DNA of 64,000 bases, from assembly GCF_036321535.1 (NCBI RefSeq), contig NC_087445.1, positions 10,108,001 through 10,172,000 of the forward strand, read 5' to 3'. Source of the stretch: Camelus dromedarius (Eukaryota). Positions within the stretch are counted from its first letter, which is position 1. Each line of letters opens with the position of its first letter. Below the pieces are notes generated by a model, which saw only the letters and a program-made list of their open reading frames with translations, was not told the origin of the DNA and did no database searches. A program made the position numbers and the translations under genes. Of this stretch, positions 50,368 through 63,720 are shown piece by piece.

Positions 50368-53300
50368 GGGAAAGAGAAGCAAGATGGCAGAGTAGAAGGA
50401 CACTTGTAGCTCACCCTCTACCACATAGGCACCAAAACTCACATCTATGGACCCACTCAGCCACCCAGAGCACCTGCTGAACTCTGACAGAACATCGCCT
50501 TCTTCAAAAGACAAAGGTGCCAAAAATCTGGTAGGAGAAAAGGAAAAAAGAAAGAAGAAAAAGCAAAACAGTGCGGGACCGATCCCACAGGGAGGGAGTG
50601 GCAAAGGAGGACTGGCCCTCATTTGCTGGGTGCCCCCCTCCAACGGAGAGGCCAGCGGGACAGAACGGGAGCCTCTGAGGCTCAGATCTGCCCCGAGCAC
50701 CCCTTGACTGACAGAACTGAGTTAAACAGGCACAAAGGGTCCCTGCGACACCCAGCCCAAGACGCGAGCCACCAGCTGGGGCTGGGACAGGCCTCTTGAG
50801 TCAGGCGGAGGACTGGGGCGGCTGCACTGAGGCAGCCCCAGGGGACTGGAGGGTGCTGTGTGCTCTGGCTGGTAAGGGCTACAGAGCAGAACAACCTCAG
50901 TCCCCTATAAATTGCGAAAAAAACAAAGCAACACAGCTGGTGTGCCCTGGGGGGAGGGCCGCCATAGCCTTTGTCTCCTCAGACCTGCACCACCATTACT
51001 GTTGCTTCACACGAGAAGAGAGGCGGGGCGCAGCCACAGCCGCCATCTCCTCCTGTGCGCAGCGCCCGGGTTGGGGAGGGGCCGAGACCTGACTCCACAC
51101 CCGGGGGCTCCTCAACCTCATAGGCAGGACTGAGACTTGTCTACAGCCTGAAGCAGATAGGATCTTTCTGTCCTGGCACCTCAGAGTACTTGTGCCACCA
51201 AGACAAATAAGGAGCTGAGATTTGGCACGGAGCAGGGGCAGCCATTCTGCGGTCTTCCCCAAGCCCACCTTCGGAGCGCCAACCCGAGGTGGAGTGGGCA
51301 GCTGCACAGAGCAGTGGAGCGACCGGCGCTGGGAGAGGGCGGCCAGCCACCCCTGTTCCTGGTAGGAATGCAGCACCTGACCACAGAGCCGGGAGGGGGC
51401 GCGATCCACCCACCTGCCTCGCCCTACAGCAGCAGCTGAGTGCAGCATCTGGAAGGGGAGTGATCCTCCTGCCCACAGAGTAAAAGCTCAGCACCTGACC
51501 CAGTGTTGGGAGGGGGCACTTTCTGCTAGCCAACAGCCACTAGGAGCAGCACAGACAAGGGCACCAACAGAGGGCCTCTGGAAACAACAAGCTGAGTTCA
51601 CGAAACAGGGTGAAGACACAAAGACTTCTCGATAAAATCATTAAGTGCACACCATCTCCAGGAGAACTAAATAACTGATACTCCTTAAGCCACAGTGCCA
51701 GACAGATATGAGCAATATGAAGAAGCAGAGGAACCACTCCCAATTAAAACATCAAGAGAAATCCCCTGAAAGCACAACCAAGGAAATAGACACTGATGGC
51801 CTACTAGATCAAGATTTCAGAAAAGGAGTGATCAAAGTACTGAAGGAACTAAAAGAAACAGTGTTTAGAGATGTAAAATATGTCAAAAATGAAATAGAAG
51901 GTATAAAGAAGAACCAAGTAGAATTAGTAAACTCATTTGCTGAGATGAGAGCTGACCTAAAGGCTGTACAAAGCAGGCTAGATAATGCAGAGGAATGAAT
52001 AAGTGACCTAGAAGACAGGGCAACAGAAAGCACCCAATCAGAAGAGCTGAGACAAAAACAAATAAAAAACAACAAAAACAATATTAGGGACCTATGGGAT
52101 AATATAAAGCATGCCAATCTATACATAATATGGGTTCCAGAAGGGAAAGAAAGAACAAAGGGGATTGAAAAGGTATTTGAAAATATCATGACTGAAAACT
52201 TCCCAAACCTAAAGGAATCAGATATCCAAGTAAGGAGTCTCAGAGGGTCCCAAACAGGAAGAACCCAGACAGACCCACACTAAGACATATCATAATCAAG
52301 ATGGCCAGAGTCAAGGATAAAGAAATGATTCTAAAGGCAGCAAGAGAAAAGCAAAGAGTGAGTTACAAGGGAACCCCCATAAGGCTCTCAGCTGATTTCT
52401 CTACACAAACACTACAGGCCAGAAGGGAGTGAGCAAGATATATGCAAAGTCCTGAATGAAAAAATGATGCAGCCAAGGATACGCTATCCAGCAAGGTTAT
52501 CCTTTAGAATAGAGGGAGAGATAAAGAACTTCACAGACAAGCAAAAACTCAAAGAGTTTAGCAACACTAAATCCATGCTAAAAGAAATATTCACAGGTCT
52601 ACTCTAAATAGAAAAGAAGCAGGATGCTACAAAAATGAGAAACTCATAACTGGAAAGGAGATAACTGCCATGAATTACAAAAAGAATAAACACAAATTTG
52701 TAAAAGAAGACATCTAAATCATTAAGAGTGGGAGAGGGAAGCAAGGAAAGCCACTGTGGAAAACAGCATGGATAGTCCTCAAAAGACTAGGAATAGACTT
52801 ACCATGTGACCCAGGAATCCTGCTTCTGGGCATCTATCCAGAAGGAACTCTACTTCAAAATGACACCTGCACCTCAATGTTCATAGCAGCACTATTTACA
52901 ATAGACAAGACATGGAAGCAGACTAGATGTCCATCAACAGATGACTGACGAAAGAAGCTGTGGTATATTTATACAATGGAATACTATTCAGCCACAAAAA
53001 CCAACAACATAACGCCATTTGCAGCAACATGGATGTCCCTGGAGAATGTCATTCTAAGTGAAGTAAGCCAGAAAGAGAAAGAAAAATACCATATGAGATC
53101 GCTTATCTAAATCAAAATCTAAACAAACAAACAAACATAAATACAAAACAGAAACAAACTCATAGACATAGAATACAAACTTGTGGTTGCCAAGGGGGCA
53201 GGGGGTGGGAAGGGACAGACTGGGATTTTAAAATGCAGAATAGATAAACAAGATTATATTGTATAGCACAGGGAAATATAAGCAAGATCTTGTGGTAGCT

Positions 53301-53424
53301 CATAGCGAAAAAAAAAAATGTGACAATGAACATATACATGTTCATGTATGACTGAAAAATTGTTCTCTACAGTAGAATTTGACACATTGTAAAATAACTT
53401 AAAAATGTAAAAGAAAAATCAAAA
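50368..53424 (+). mobile_element. Young L1-derived element: full GC-rich 5'UTR + ORF1 + ORF2 C-terminal tip + 3'UTR + A-tail; most of ORF2 missing
   Basis: Starts 'gggaaagagaagcaagatggc' (YY1-type AAGATGGC at 50381-50388); TSD aagtatatgact (50356-50367) / aagtatatgatt (53425-53436); junction at ~52750. Confidence 0.92.
51708..52607 (+). pseudogene. L1 ORF1p (coiled coil-RRM-CTD), disrupted
   Basis: MSNMKKQRNHSQLK...SRLDNAEE*ISDLEDR...IRDLWDNIKHANLYIIWVPEG...ENFPNL; in-frame TGA at 51996-51998 and later indels; natural stop TAA at 52605-52607. Confidence 0.9.
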
Positions 53425-56400
53425 AAGTATATGATTAAATTTTAAATTAATTAATAATGAGTGAAGATGAACTATGCATAATATTCATCTAAAATCCCAG
53501 GAACATTCTAAGTAAAAAATAAAATTTAAACATAGGGGATCATCTAACTTATGCCTTTTCTTTGACTTGATTAAAATATTTCAAATTAGTTACAGCTGGT
53601 AAGTTGATACAGTAAACATTAAATTGGCTCCTTGTATCTAAAATGTATATGTACTTTAAATAAATGAATATTTTCCCTTCTAGAGAGTTGTAATATCTCA
53701 GACCTTGGAAGAATGATCTAGTTCAACTGTCTCCTGGGGCTCACGGAAGGCAAGAGTTTGTAGAAGATTAAAACACTACCATTTATAGTAGGTGAAGTTA
53801 AGATTCATAGCAGGTGGGCCCTGGCCAGTATATTTTACATTATACTCACCTCTGTCTTCAAACTTCACTTAGTAATATTGGCTGGACTCCTGGGAGCGGT
53901 CCTCTCAGAGCTACTGAGAGTCTGTCTGCTGGGCTATCATCGTCAGTAAACTGAAACTCACAAATAGGTAGGTAGACATATCAATCTTCATTTCTAAGGA
54001 AATAAACAAGCTATCACTACTGGTATAGTTTACTTTATGCAGTGTAAATATATCCATATCTTTGCTGTTACTATATAATGGAAAGCCAGTGTGCTTTATC
54101 TTCTTTGATAATGTGCATATTTCTTTATCATCCACATCATCATCTTAATGAACTTTATTTTACCTTAAAATTCTGATAGACTTTTCTCAATGTCCCTTGC
54201 TAGACTCTGTCCAAGTCTGTGAATGTGCCCAAATGATTTTAGAAAGGATATCTTAATTTCCCTATCTAAAAATGACAGCTTTAGATATGAAGGTACATAT
54301 GAGGACCCCCCTCCCACAGCTGTTAAACTGTAGTATCTATTGGATACTTGAAAGCAATGGATGTGTAGGGTCAGTCAGCATGTTAACAAATAGATATACT
54401 GAAGACACAGAAACTCTGGCTCAGAAATAATTCAGGAATGGCTGCGCAAATGGAAGAGTGGCTGTTATCAAGGTGAGTGAGACTAGCACTTACCCCTGAA
54501 GTACCCGTAATTCCTGTTTCAATTTCTACATGCCAGAGAATAATAGAGATATTGCTATTGAGACTTCTGCATTAGAAACAAAATTCCCAACCTAGGATGC
54601 AAGCAATCAACCACAGAAAGGATTGATTAAAATACACTTGCTCTGAGATTAAGACCTCATTCTCATTCACCAGTGGTTTGTTAACGAACTCTAGACTCCA
54701 TTTTTCATTCATTTGTATTTATCAATCTTCATAGAAGGCCATTCCTTCTTTAAAGAATATTTCAAGTGTCCTATGAAAATGATATTTTAAAAAGTAAGCA
54801 CCCACTTTATACTATCTGACTATGCTACTAACATTGGCAGGAGAAGGTTAATGACATTCACTTCAACCTCCAAGCATCCTTAATCATTAACTCAGTAGTG
54901 ACAGACATTGTCTCTGGTCCAAAGCTACTCTCCTGTTATCTATGAGCATTCCTCCTAAAGCCCTTCAAATGACCTTCAGGAGTCCTGTTACAGCACTTCC
55001 CAATTTATTCTCTAATTTATGATTTCTAGGGGGCATTTGTCACATTCCTGAGAAATTTGGCAGCAAGAACTATATTGTTCTGAGTTGGAAGCTCAGTAAG
55101 ACTAAAATGGTAACAGAACAGCAATGCTTCCATCTCTAGATGGTCATGTTTCTATTAACATGAGGAAGAGTTCACTGTTTGCAAAATATTGTGATAAAAT
55201 TCTGTTTTCATTGATGTCACATAAGTTAGTAAAAATAATATATATGATAGATTTAATTGCTGAACAATGGCTTTCCAACTTGTAAATGGATAATAGCTCA
55301 AAATGTAAAAAAAAAAAAAAAAAAATTTATATTCCTGAGCAACTTTTTTTTAAACTGTCTTTATAATTAATTAGACTATTTTAAAAAGTTCTCAATTCCT
55401 CAGAAGAATAAGCCAGGGCAATAACATAGCTTTCTTCAAAATTTTAGAATTCTTTACATATTGAAGCACAAAATGGATTGCCCATATTGCAGCAATTCTT
55501 AAAATATGTTTTTCACCCTTAGGCTGTTACAACTTTGTGACTAGCCTCAAGGAGCCTTTTAAAGACACAGGTAAACCTAAATCATCCAGAGACCTCAGAC
55601 TTATGAGTCGCCCGCAAAACATATTCACACTTAGAATAAAGCCTTGCTATCTGAAGCAAATAAAGGTGTAATTGTGTTGTCTCCTGATTTTTTTTCCCAA
55701 AATTATATTGTAAAGAGAATAATTCTGAAAATTTTCACTTCCCACAAGTATGCTAAGTTGATTGGACTCTGTAACTATCTTTATATGAGTAAATATTTGA
55801 AGCACGTAATTAAATCTTTCATAAGAAAATGTATAGTCATTTTATTCTTAAAATTCCAGTATTTAAGAGTAAAATATTGTAGTGTTACTTTAACTCAACA
55901 TGGCCTTATTAGCTTTTTAAGTTTCTGGGAAGAAAAACAATTCCATTGAAACTTCAGGGAGGAAAGTAGGTGGGCAGAGATAATGACAGCTGGAATGTCT
56001 CCAGAACACTGGGGCTAACATCCTGATTATTAAAGCAGCATCTTTCACAGCCACAAATTATTTCAGATGAACCTAATCTATCAGTTCCTACTTCCCTGAA
56101 AGGCCTCTTCTAATTCCTGCTAGAGCAATGGCCACCTGGAGAGAAAGGTGATACATTTTCTTTTCGGTACACTTCAGATTCGAAAATCTCCATGAAGCTG
56201 TTTCTCTGAATGCTTAGGCATTCTAAAATCGTTGCCAATATGAGAATATTCGATCCTGGTTTCCGAGGACTGCCCAGGACCGTTACCCACACCCAGAAGG
56301 TAACGGTCCTAGGCTGCGCATTCATTTAGCTTTCGTTTATTGAATTGTGCCTTTACTATGTCAAAGCTGCTATTAGTGTAGGCATTAAAACGTGGGAACC

Positions 56401-59338
56401 CGGAAGACAGAATGAAGGAACTATTGAAACAAGAGGCATAAAAGCATCTGTAGACCCCTCCCCAGCATGTTATAAAGAGATCACTAAGAATTTAGGGGGA
56501 TGAAGCCTATGAATTGAACTGTGACATGGGAATCTTAGTTTTCAGGACGTTATGCTAGTATACGGTTCTTTCAGAGAGACAGAATACAGACATTAAGGAT
56601 CACTGAAGTTGTTGGAATATTACTAAGTTTCATAGAGAAGTTTAGGTAAAAATATGAGAATATGTCATCAGGTTATTTGCCTAATTTGTAAACATTTAGA
56701 GCTGAGTGATCAGAATGATTACATGTAACAATTAGGAGGACTTGGTAAAAGGGGTCAACGACTTCACACTGACAACATGAATGAATGAGTGAATCATGTC
56801 TAGATATACCTGATCTACCTGTAAAGGAATAAAGTCCCCCCAAATATCTACTCCTCTCAGATTCCTGCCTGGAAGATGACAGATTTAACAGAGTTTCCAA
56901 AAATCACTTCATCCTCAAAAGCAAGAAAGATAGGGTTCACTTTCCAATTTACACTTGTCTTACTAAATTGTTTTTTTCTTGTTAGTTCTGAATACATCAG
57001 ATGGATTCTGTCCTCAGACAAGTCAGTCAGCCACAGGGGACACCCCTTCACTTTTACCTATGTGTGAAGGAGAAATGTAAAGGTGCTGATATAAAATTAT
57101 AACAAATATGTACATCCAAGCAACCATACAGTTGCAAATGATTATAGGACTTCACCAGGAAAGACTGATTGGCAGTAGTATAGACTGTTCAAATTTCAAA
57201 GCATGTATCTTTATTTCATGAAACCAGAAAGCTGCTGGTGCCATGTAGCTTACCAAGAACATTTGACATCAAACAGACCTGGGATTAAATACAAGAGTTC
57301 TATCACTTGTGTAAAAAAAAAACAAAAACAAAAACAAAAAAAAAACTTCCAAGTTTTTATTAACTTTCTCTGGTATTTCATTTCATTTCATTTCGTTATT
57401 TTATTTTATTTATTCTATTTTAACCTAAATAATACAGGATGAGTTTTGTAATGAGAAACAGGGAAAATATCAAAACTTGGGGTTGTTAGGAAAATTGTAC
57501 AATATAATGAAATAATACAGCAGAATTAAATAGAATAGATAAATATTCAGACATGAATTCCTACATCATTATGACCTTTGCCTCACCAGTACCAGCTTTA
57601 GTAATATCAAGAATTCAAAAATATGTATTTCTAGAAATTAATGTACTAATATACAATTAAAAACTGGAGGCTGGAGTCCCTCCCACCCAATAGCTTATCT
57701 GGGAAGTCAATCTAAGGAATACAATGAGGAAAAAGAATGTAGGATCTACTTTTTATTAAAGATTGCCAGGTTATAGATTAACCTTTTAGAATTAACTGAC
57801 TATACCTCTTTGTGGCCTTGAGTTCCATTTTCAACAAAGATTAGAAAAGGAACCATCAAAAGCGACATATTAATCAAAAAAATTAAAGGGTTGTAGTGTT
57901 CCTTTTTTCTACTTTTCTCAAGCAGAATTTCACAAGAGATCATGTAGGTGATAACCGGGTTGTCTTTGAATTAACTGCCATAATGGTTCAGTATACTATT
58001 ATTTCCAAGTGATGAATTTAGTATCCAGGACTGGAATAAGACCAAAGAGTAATCATCATAAAACCAAGAGGTTTCCTTTTCTTATAACATTTACCATACT
58101 TTAAGTACTTGTGCAGTGGTCTTTTTTTTCTGGGTAGTTTTAAAATATTTTTGAGGTTAGGAACCAGAGTTTTCTATTCACACTACTTATTTTTGTGCCT
58201 AGTACAATGACAAAATGTAGAAAACACAAGAACAATACATTAAATTGAATTGAAAGGTTAAAAATGAACGTAAGAGGACATAGAGGAGGGTGACTGTCTC
58301 CCTCACAGCAAAGTAGCTGAATTCGGATCCATTTGGCTTATGGTTGTAGAATTGGGGGGCTTGTCTGAAGTACAAGCTAATAAATTACCCTAAAATACGC
58401 TACACGGTCAATGTGCTACACAAGTAATACAGTGTAGCCTCATGGCCTTGTCTAATAAAGAAGCTTCTAGAGTTCTTACTGCTTGAAATGGGTGAAAATG
58501 AGAAAACTATTTCTCCATCTGACATGGCTTTGGAACAAAAACTAAAATGACAAAATATTGTAATAACAGCTATGCTTCAGCATTTCCAACTTGGATAGAA
58601 ACACAGAGTGAAGATACTTTGCAGTCTTTGCCTTAGATGTATTTGAGATACAACAGATTTTAGTGTTTGGTTAAAAAACCCAAGTTTTTATGATTATCAA
58701 CATGGAATATCGTAATATTTTACGGGCACTCAACAGTATAAAGGAAAAAGTTGAGAAAACTGCATGGCCACCTAATGATGACTAAGTACCTCATTCTATG
58801 AGTAGAATTCTTTTTTATTTCCTCCAGTTTTATTGAGATATAATGGACATTCAAAACTGTGTATGTTTGTGGTATAGAGCATAGTGGCGTCACATATGTA
58901 TTGTGAAAGGATTACCACAATAAGTGTAGTTGACATCCATCACCTCATATAGTTACAAAAAAGGGCCTTTTTTCCTCTGAAGAGAACTTTTAGGATCTAC
59001 TTTCTTACCCACTTTTGAATGTACCACAGAGCAGTGTTAACCATCATCATGTCATACATTACATCCCCTAGTACTTAGTTCCCTTATAACAGGAAGTTTG
59101 TGCCTTTGACCACCTTCACCCAATTCCCTGACTCCTCATCCATTGATCAACTCAGGAAATGAAATCTGAACTTTTTTTCTATGAGTTAGATTTCTTTAGA
59201 TTCCACATCTAAGTGAGATCATACCGTATTTGCCTTCCTTACATAATGCCCTCAAGGTCCACCCATGTTGTCACAAGTAACATGATTTCCCTGTTTTTTT
59301 ATGGCTTAATGGTAATCAATTTTGTGTATATATAGATA

Positions 59339-59340
<2 letters not shown>

Positions 59341-59374
<34 letters not shown>
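59341..59374. repeat. (CA)17 microsatellite
   Basis: Seen directly. Confidence 0.95.
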
Positions 59375-59376
<2 letters not shown>

Positions 59377-61068
59377 TTTTCTATATATACAATTTTCTTC
59401 TCCTTCCATCTGTCCGTAGACACTTAGGGTGCTTCCATGTCTTGGCTATTGTGATCAATGCTGCAATGAGCATGGAAATGCAGATGTCTCTATGACATAC
59501 TGATTTCAATTTCTTTGGCCATATATCCAGAAGTGGAATTGCTGGATCATATGGTAGTTCCATTTTTAATTTCTTGAGGAACCTCCATACTGTTTTCCAT
59601 AATGGTTGTACCAACTAACGTTCTCACCAACAGTGCCCAAGAATTCCCTTTTGTCTACATCCTCACCAGCATTTGTAATCTCTTGTGTCTTACTCACAGC
59701 CATTCTAACAGGCATGAACTAATGTCTCATTATGTTTTTCATTTGTATGTTACTAATGATCAGTGATGTTGAGTACATTTTTCATGTCCTGTTGGCCATT
59801 TTTATGTCTTCTTTGGAAAAATATCTATTTAGGTCCTTTGCTCATTTTTTGATTATTATTTTTTTGCCATTCATTTTTATGAGTCTTATAATATAGTTTG
59901 GATATCAATCCACTACCAGGTATGATTTGTACATATTTTCTCTGATTTCATAAACTCCTTTTCCATTGTGTTGTTACTTTTCTTTTGCTGGGCAGAATCA
60001 TTTTAGTTTGATACATCCCCATTTGTTGATTTTAGATTTTGCTGCTTGGGTTTTAGGTGTTATATTAAAAAATTGTTGCCAAGAACTCTGTCAAGGAACT
60101 TTTCCTCTATATTTTCTTCTAGGAGTCTTATGGTTTCGGTCTTACATTTAAATCTTTAATCCATTTTGAGTTAATTTTTGTGAGTGAGGAAAGATAGCAG
60201 TCTAGTTTCATTTTTTACAAGTGAATATCCAGGTTTACCAGCACAATTTATAGAAGACATTGTCATTTCTCATTGGGTATTCTTGGCTCCCTTGTCAAAT
60301 GTTAGTTGACTGTATGTGCATGGGTTTATTTCTGGGCTCTTGATTCTGCTTCATTGAGGTAGGTGTCTTTATTTTTATGCAACACTATATTGTTTAGATT
60401 GTTACAACATTGTAATATAATTTGAAATCAGGAAGTCTAATACTGCTTGATTCTTCTTTTTCAGGGTTACTTTGGCTATTTGAAGTGTTTTATGATTTCA
60501 TGTGACTTTTAGGATTGTTTTTTTTCTACTTGTGTAAAAAAAATGCCACTGGAATTTTGATACAGATTATAGCAAATTTATGGTTGGCTTTAGGTGATAC
60601 AGGCCCTTTAACAATATTAACTCTCCCAATCTATGACTACACGATATCTTTCCATTTTTGTGTTCTTCAGTGTCTTTTATCAACATCTTAGTTTTCAGTG
60701 TAGAGGTCTTTCATTTCCTTGGTTGAATTTACTTCTAACTATTCTCTTGATTCTGTTGTAAATGAGGTACTTTTCTTTATATCTTGTAGAGATAATTTGT
60801 GTTTGTGTATAGAAATGCTATTGATTTTTGTATGTTGCTTTTATGTGCTGCAACTGTACTAAATTTGTTTAATAGTTCCAGCAGTTTCTTTTTTTATTTT
60901 GTGCTGGAGCCTTCAGAAGTGTCCATATATAAAATCATGTCATCTGCAGATAGAGACATTTTTACTTCCTTGTCTCAAATTCTAAAGTCTTCTATTTCCT
61001 TTTTCTTCCCTGATTTTTCTATGACTTCCATACTGAATTGAATCAGAGTGGTAAGAGTAGACACTTTT

Positions 61069-61132
61069 AACACCAGAAATTGACACAACATTGTAATCTG
61101 ACTATAACCCACTAAAAAAAAAAAAAAAAAAT
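61069..61132 (+). mobile_element. 64-bp extremely 5'-truncated young L1 insertion
   Basis: 'acaccagaaattgacacaacattgtaa...' + poly(A); TSD gtagacactttt (61057-61068) / gtagacacattt (61133-61144). Confidence 0.85.
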
Positions 61133-62849
61133 GTAGACACATTTATCTTGTTCTTGATCTTAAAGACTTTCAAACTTTTCCCACTGAGTAGGATGTTAGC
61201 TGTGGGCTTGAATTTTATGGCCATTTTTATGTTGAGGTACCTTTCTTCTGTATCTAATTGGTTGAGAGTTTTTATTATGAGTGGGTATTGAATTTTATGA
61301 AATATTTTGTATACATTGAGATGAACATATGAATGTTATATTTCTTTCTGTCAGTATGTTGTATCACATTCATTGACTTGCTTCTGTTGAATCATCCTTG
61401 CATCCCAAGATTGAATCCCACTTGAATGATTCTTTTCCTGTGTATGATTCCTTTCATGTGCTGCTGAATTCAGTATGCTAATATTTTGTAGAAAATTTTG
61501 CATCTATCTTTATTAAGAATATTGGCCTTAGTTTTATTTTCTTGTGATGTCTTATTTGGCTTTTGTATCAGGGTATTTCACATTATTATTATAGTTTACA
61601 TATTTTTACATTATGTATACAATAATACATTATTGCAGTTATAATTATTGCAATATGCTTGTTTTTTTCAACTTTTACCCCAGAGTTATGTGTATTATGC
61701 ATCACCATTACTGTATTAGAAACCTTAATTTATTTCATTACCAGTGAGTTTTATTCTATCTACATAGGTTTTTATAATGTTAACTGACCTCCTCTTAGCT
61801 CCACTTGAATAACTCCCTTTAGCATTTTCTGCAAGACAGATCTAGTGTTGATAGCCTCACTCAGCTTTTGTTTGTTCAGGAAAGTCTTATCTTTCGTTCA
61901 TTTCTGAAGAACAGCTTGGCTGGGTATAGTATTTCTGGTTGACATTTTTGTTTCTTTCAGTAATTTGAATATACCATTCATTTCTCTCCTGGACTAGTTC
62001 ATTGCCCAAGCAAGGCTGCAGGCTAGCCTCCACAGTTGCCTGGATTCTCTGGTCAGCTTTCCTAAATGGTCAAGTCTGGGTACTGTCCTCACCAGAAGAG
62101 GAAGCTATGAATTAGCTTCCCTGTCCTAGCAGGGCTACAGAATGTGCCCCAGGGTGGCCAGCACGGCTCATGGCTTAGGGTCCTGATTCACACAAGACTG
62201 TGCACTGAATCCTCTGGCCAGAAGGGGACCCCTGGTTTTGATGTGTTGTCTGGTCAAATGCCACTGTAAGTGTGGCCAAAAGGCTGGTCTGTGCACCTGC
62301 CAACATGCTCTGGTTAGGTTCATTGATTGGGTGGCTGAAGGCAGCACTCAGGAGTGGGCAGGGATACAGATGAGCTTCCCTACATGGCCAGAGTGGTTAG
62401 CACTCTGGGGACTTGCAGACACCTAAAAGTTCTCTTCACAGAAAAAAAAAAGCCCTTTTTTGTAACTATATGGGGTGATGGATCTACATCGGGCAGATTC
62501 CTTGATGCAGGAGGTGTTTCCCTTCACCCCCGTGTTTTTAGATTTTCACAATGGTGTCTTGCAGATGAATAGTTGTTAGTAGGCCTTCTTGTGAGGGGGG
62601 AGCGCAGTCGGGAATGGCTTGCTACCATTTTAGTGATGTCACGCCACAGTGTTAAAGTTTATTTTAATAAGTGAATTTTTTAAAATGCATCTTACAGTTA
62701 ACTGTTGAAGGATGGGATTCAGAATTTTTATTTATGTATATTTTGAATATGATACTGTAGGCAGATGCTGAAGTAAGGATACATAGGTACCTGTGTATGG
62801 GCAATTGTCTGTGTATGTTTGTGTACCTGTCTGTAACAGGTACATGGAT

Positions 62850-63720
62850 GAAATCTTAATCTAAAATTTCCATTCCAGTCCTTCATTTTCCTTATGATGT
62901 TTATCTGTTTAAGATATTAGGCCACTTATTCTAGAATTTCTCAGAGTCTGGATTTTGCTCATTGTATAGTCATGGTGCATGGCAGCAATTTAGTCCCTCC
63001 TCTGTAATTACTGCAAATTGGCCTCTGGATGCCAAGGCACGATCGGAATCAGGCACAGTCCCTTTGGCAATGGTATAGATTCATGTGTGTTCCTGCCTTA
63101 GGAGGAGGCATATGTTTAGGTTTTCAGTCTCTTTTGATGTTAAAATACATAGGGGTTCAATGCCTAGACCCACTAACTCAGGGAGTTTTCAAGATGGCTC
63201 TAGTTTCATCCTGTTATTTTGTAATGATTCACTATAATGCTTTGAATACAGTGATATTCTTCCTCAATTATAATTTGAGTATCCACCAGATGTAAAAAAG
63301 CCACATAAAAATGTTTGATTTTTACATCCTGTGTACCTGCTGTATGTAAAAATTAATTTCTGCCATCCTCAAAAGATGACCAATTATGATTTTTAAGTAC
63401 AGTTACAAAGAGATGTAAACACTTTATGGGGTGCCATCCATGGCCATTCTTATCATTCATGAAGTGTAACATGTCCCCTCTTTGGACAGTGGTAGGTTTC
63501 CCAAATCACTTCCTGTGTCCTTTTGGTTCTTTGGACATGGTGTTAATATATGTTGATAGGTAACTTACAACTTGGTATGACAAGTTGATCTGGGCTCATC
63601 TTACACAAGGAATCAGCCTATTCTGTATGAGCCCTGGATTCCTTCAAAGAGGAATGGTAATTGAAGAAAACAATATGGATGCTCATTGCTACTAAGTTTA
63701 AAGATAGTTTATAGAATATG
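62850..63720 (-). mobile_element. Old L1 3'UTR (L1MC4/L1ME-like)
   Basis: 'tctagaatttctcagagtctggattttgct' and 'gagccctggattccttc...ggaatggtaattgaag'. Confidence 0.6.

Larger units (their letters stand above)
58810..62640 (-). mobile_element. Old L1 (L1MA-like), internally deleted, with 3'UTR, ORF2 part and 5' end
   Basis: [27 protein letters not shown] (59381-59614); 3'UTR 'gattaccacaataagtgtagttgacatccatcacctc'; 5' end 'ctaccattttagtgatgtcac'. Confidence 0.88.

Noticed and set aside
50332..51743. GC-rich cluster of overlapping ORFs as a host CpG-island promoter or gene
   Set aside because: It is the L1 5'UTR; high GC content explains the open frames.
53850..53950. Minus-strand exon (tttcag acceptor, GAG|GTGAGT donor, 101 nt)
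   Set aside because: Stops in all three frames and a weak pyrimidine tract; at most a non-coding exon, unsupported without RNA data.
54436..54478. Plus-strand exon ending at AAG|GTGAGT (also a donor near 44960)
   Set aside because: A strong donor alone, with no convincing acceptor; such motifs occur often by chance.
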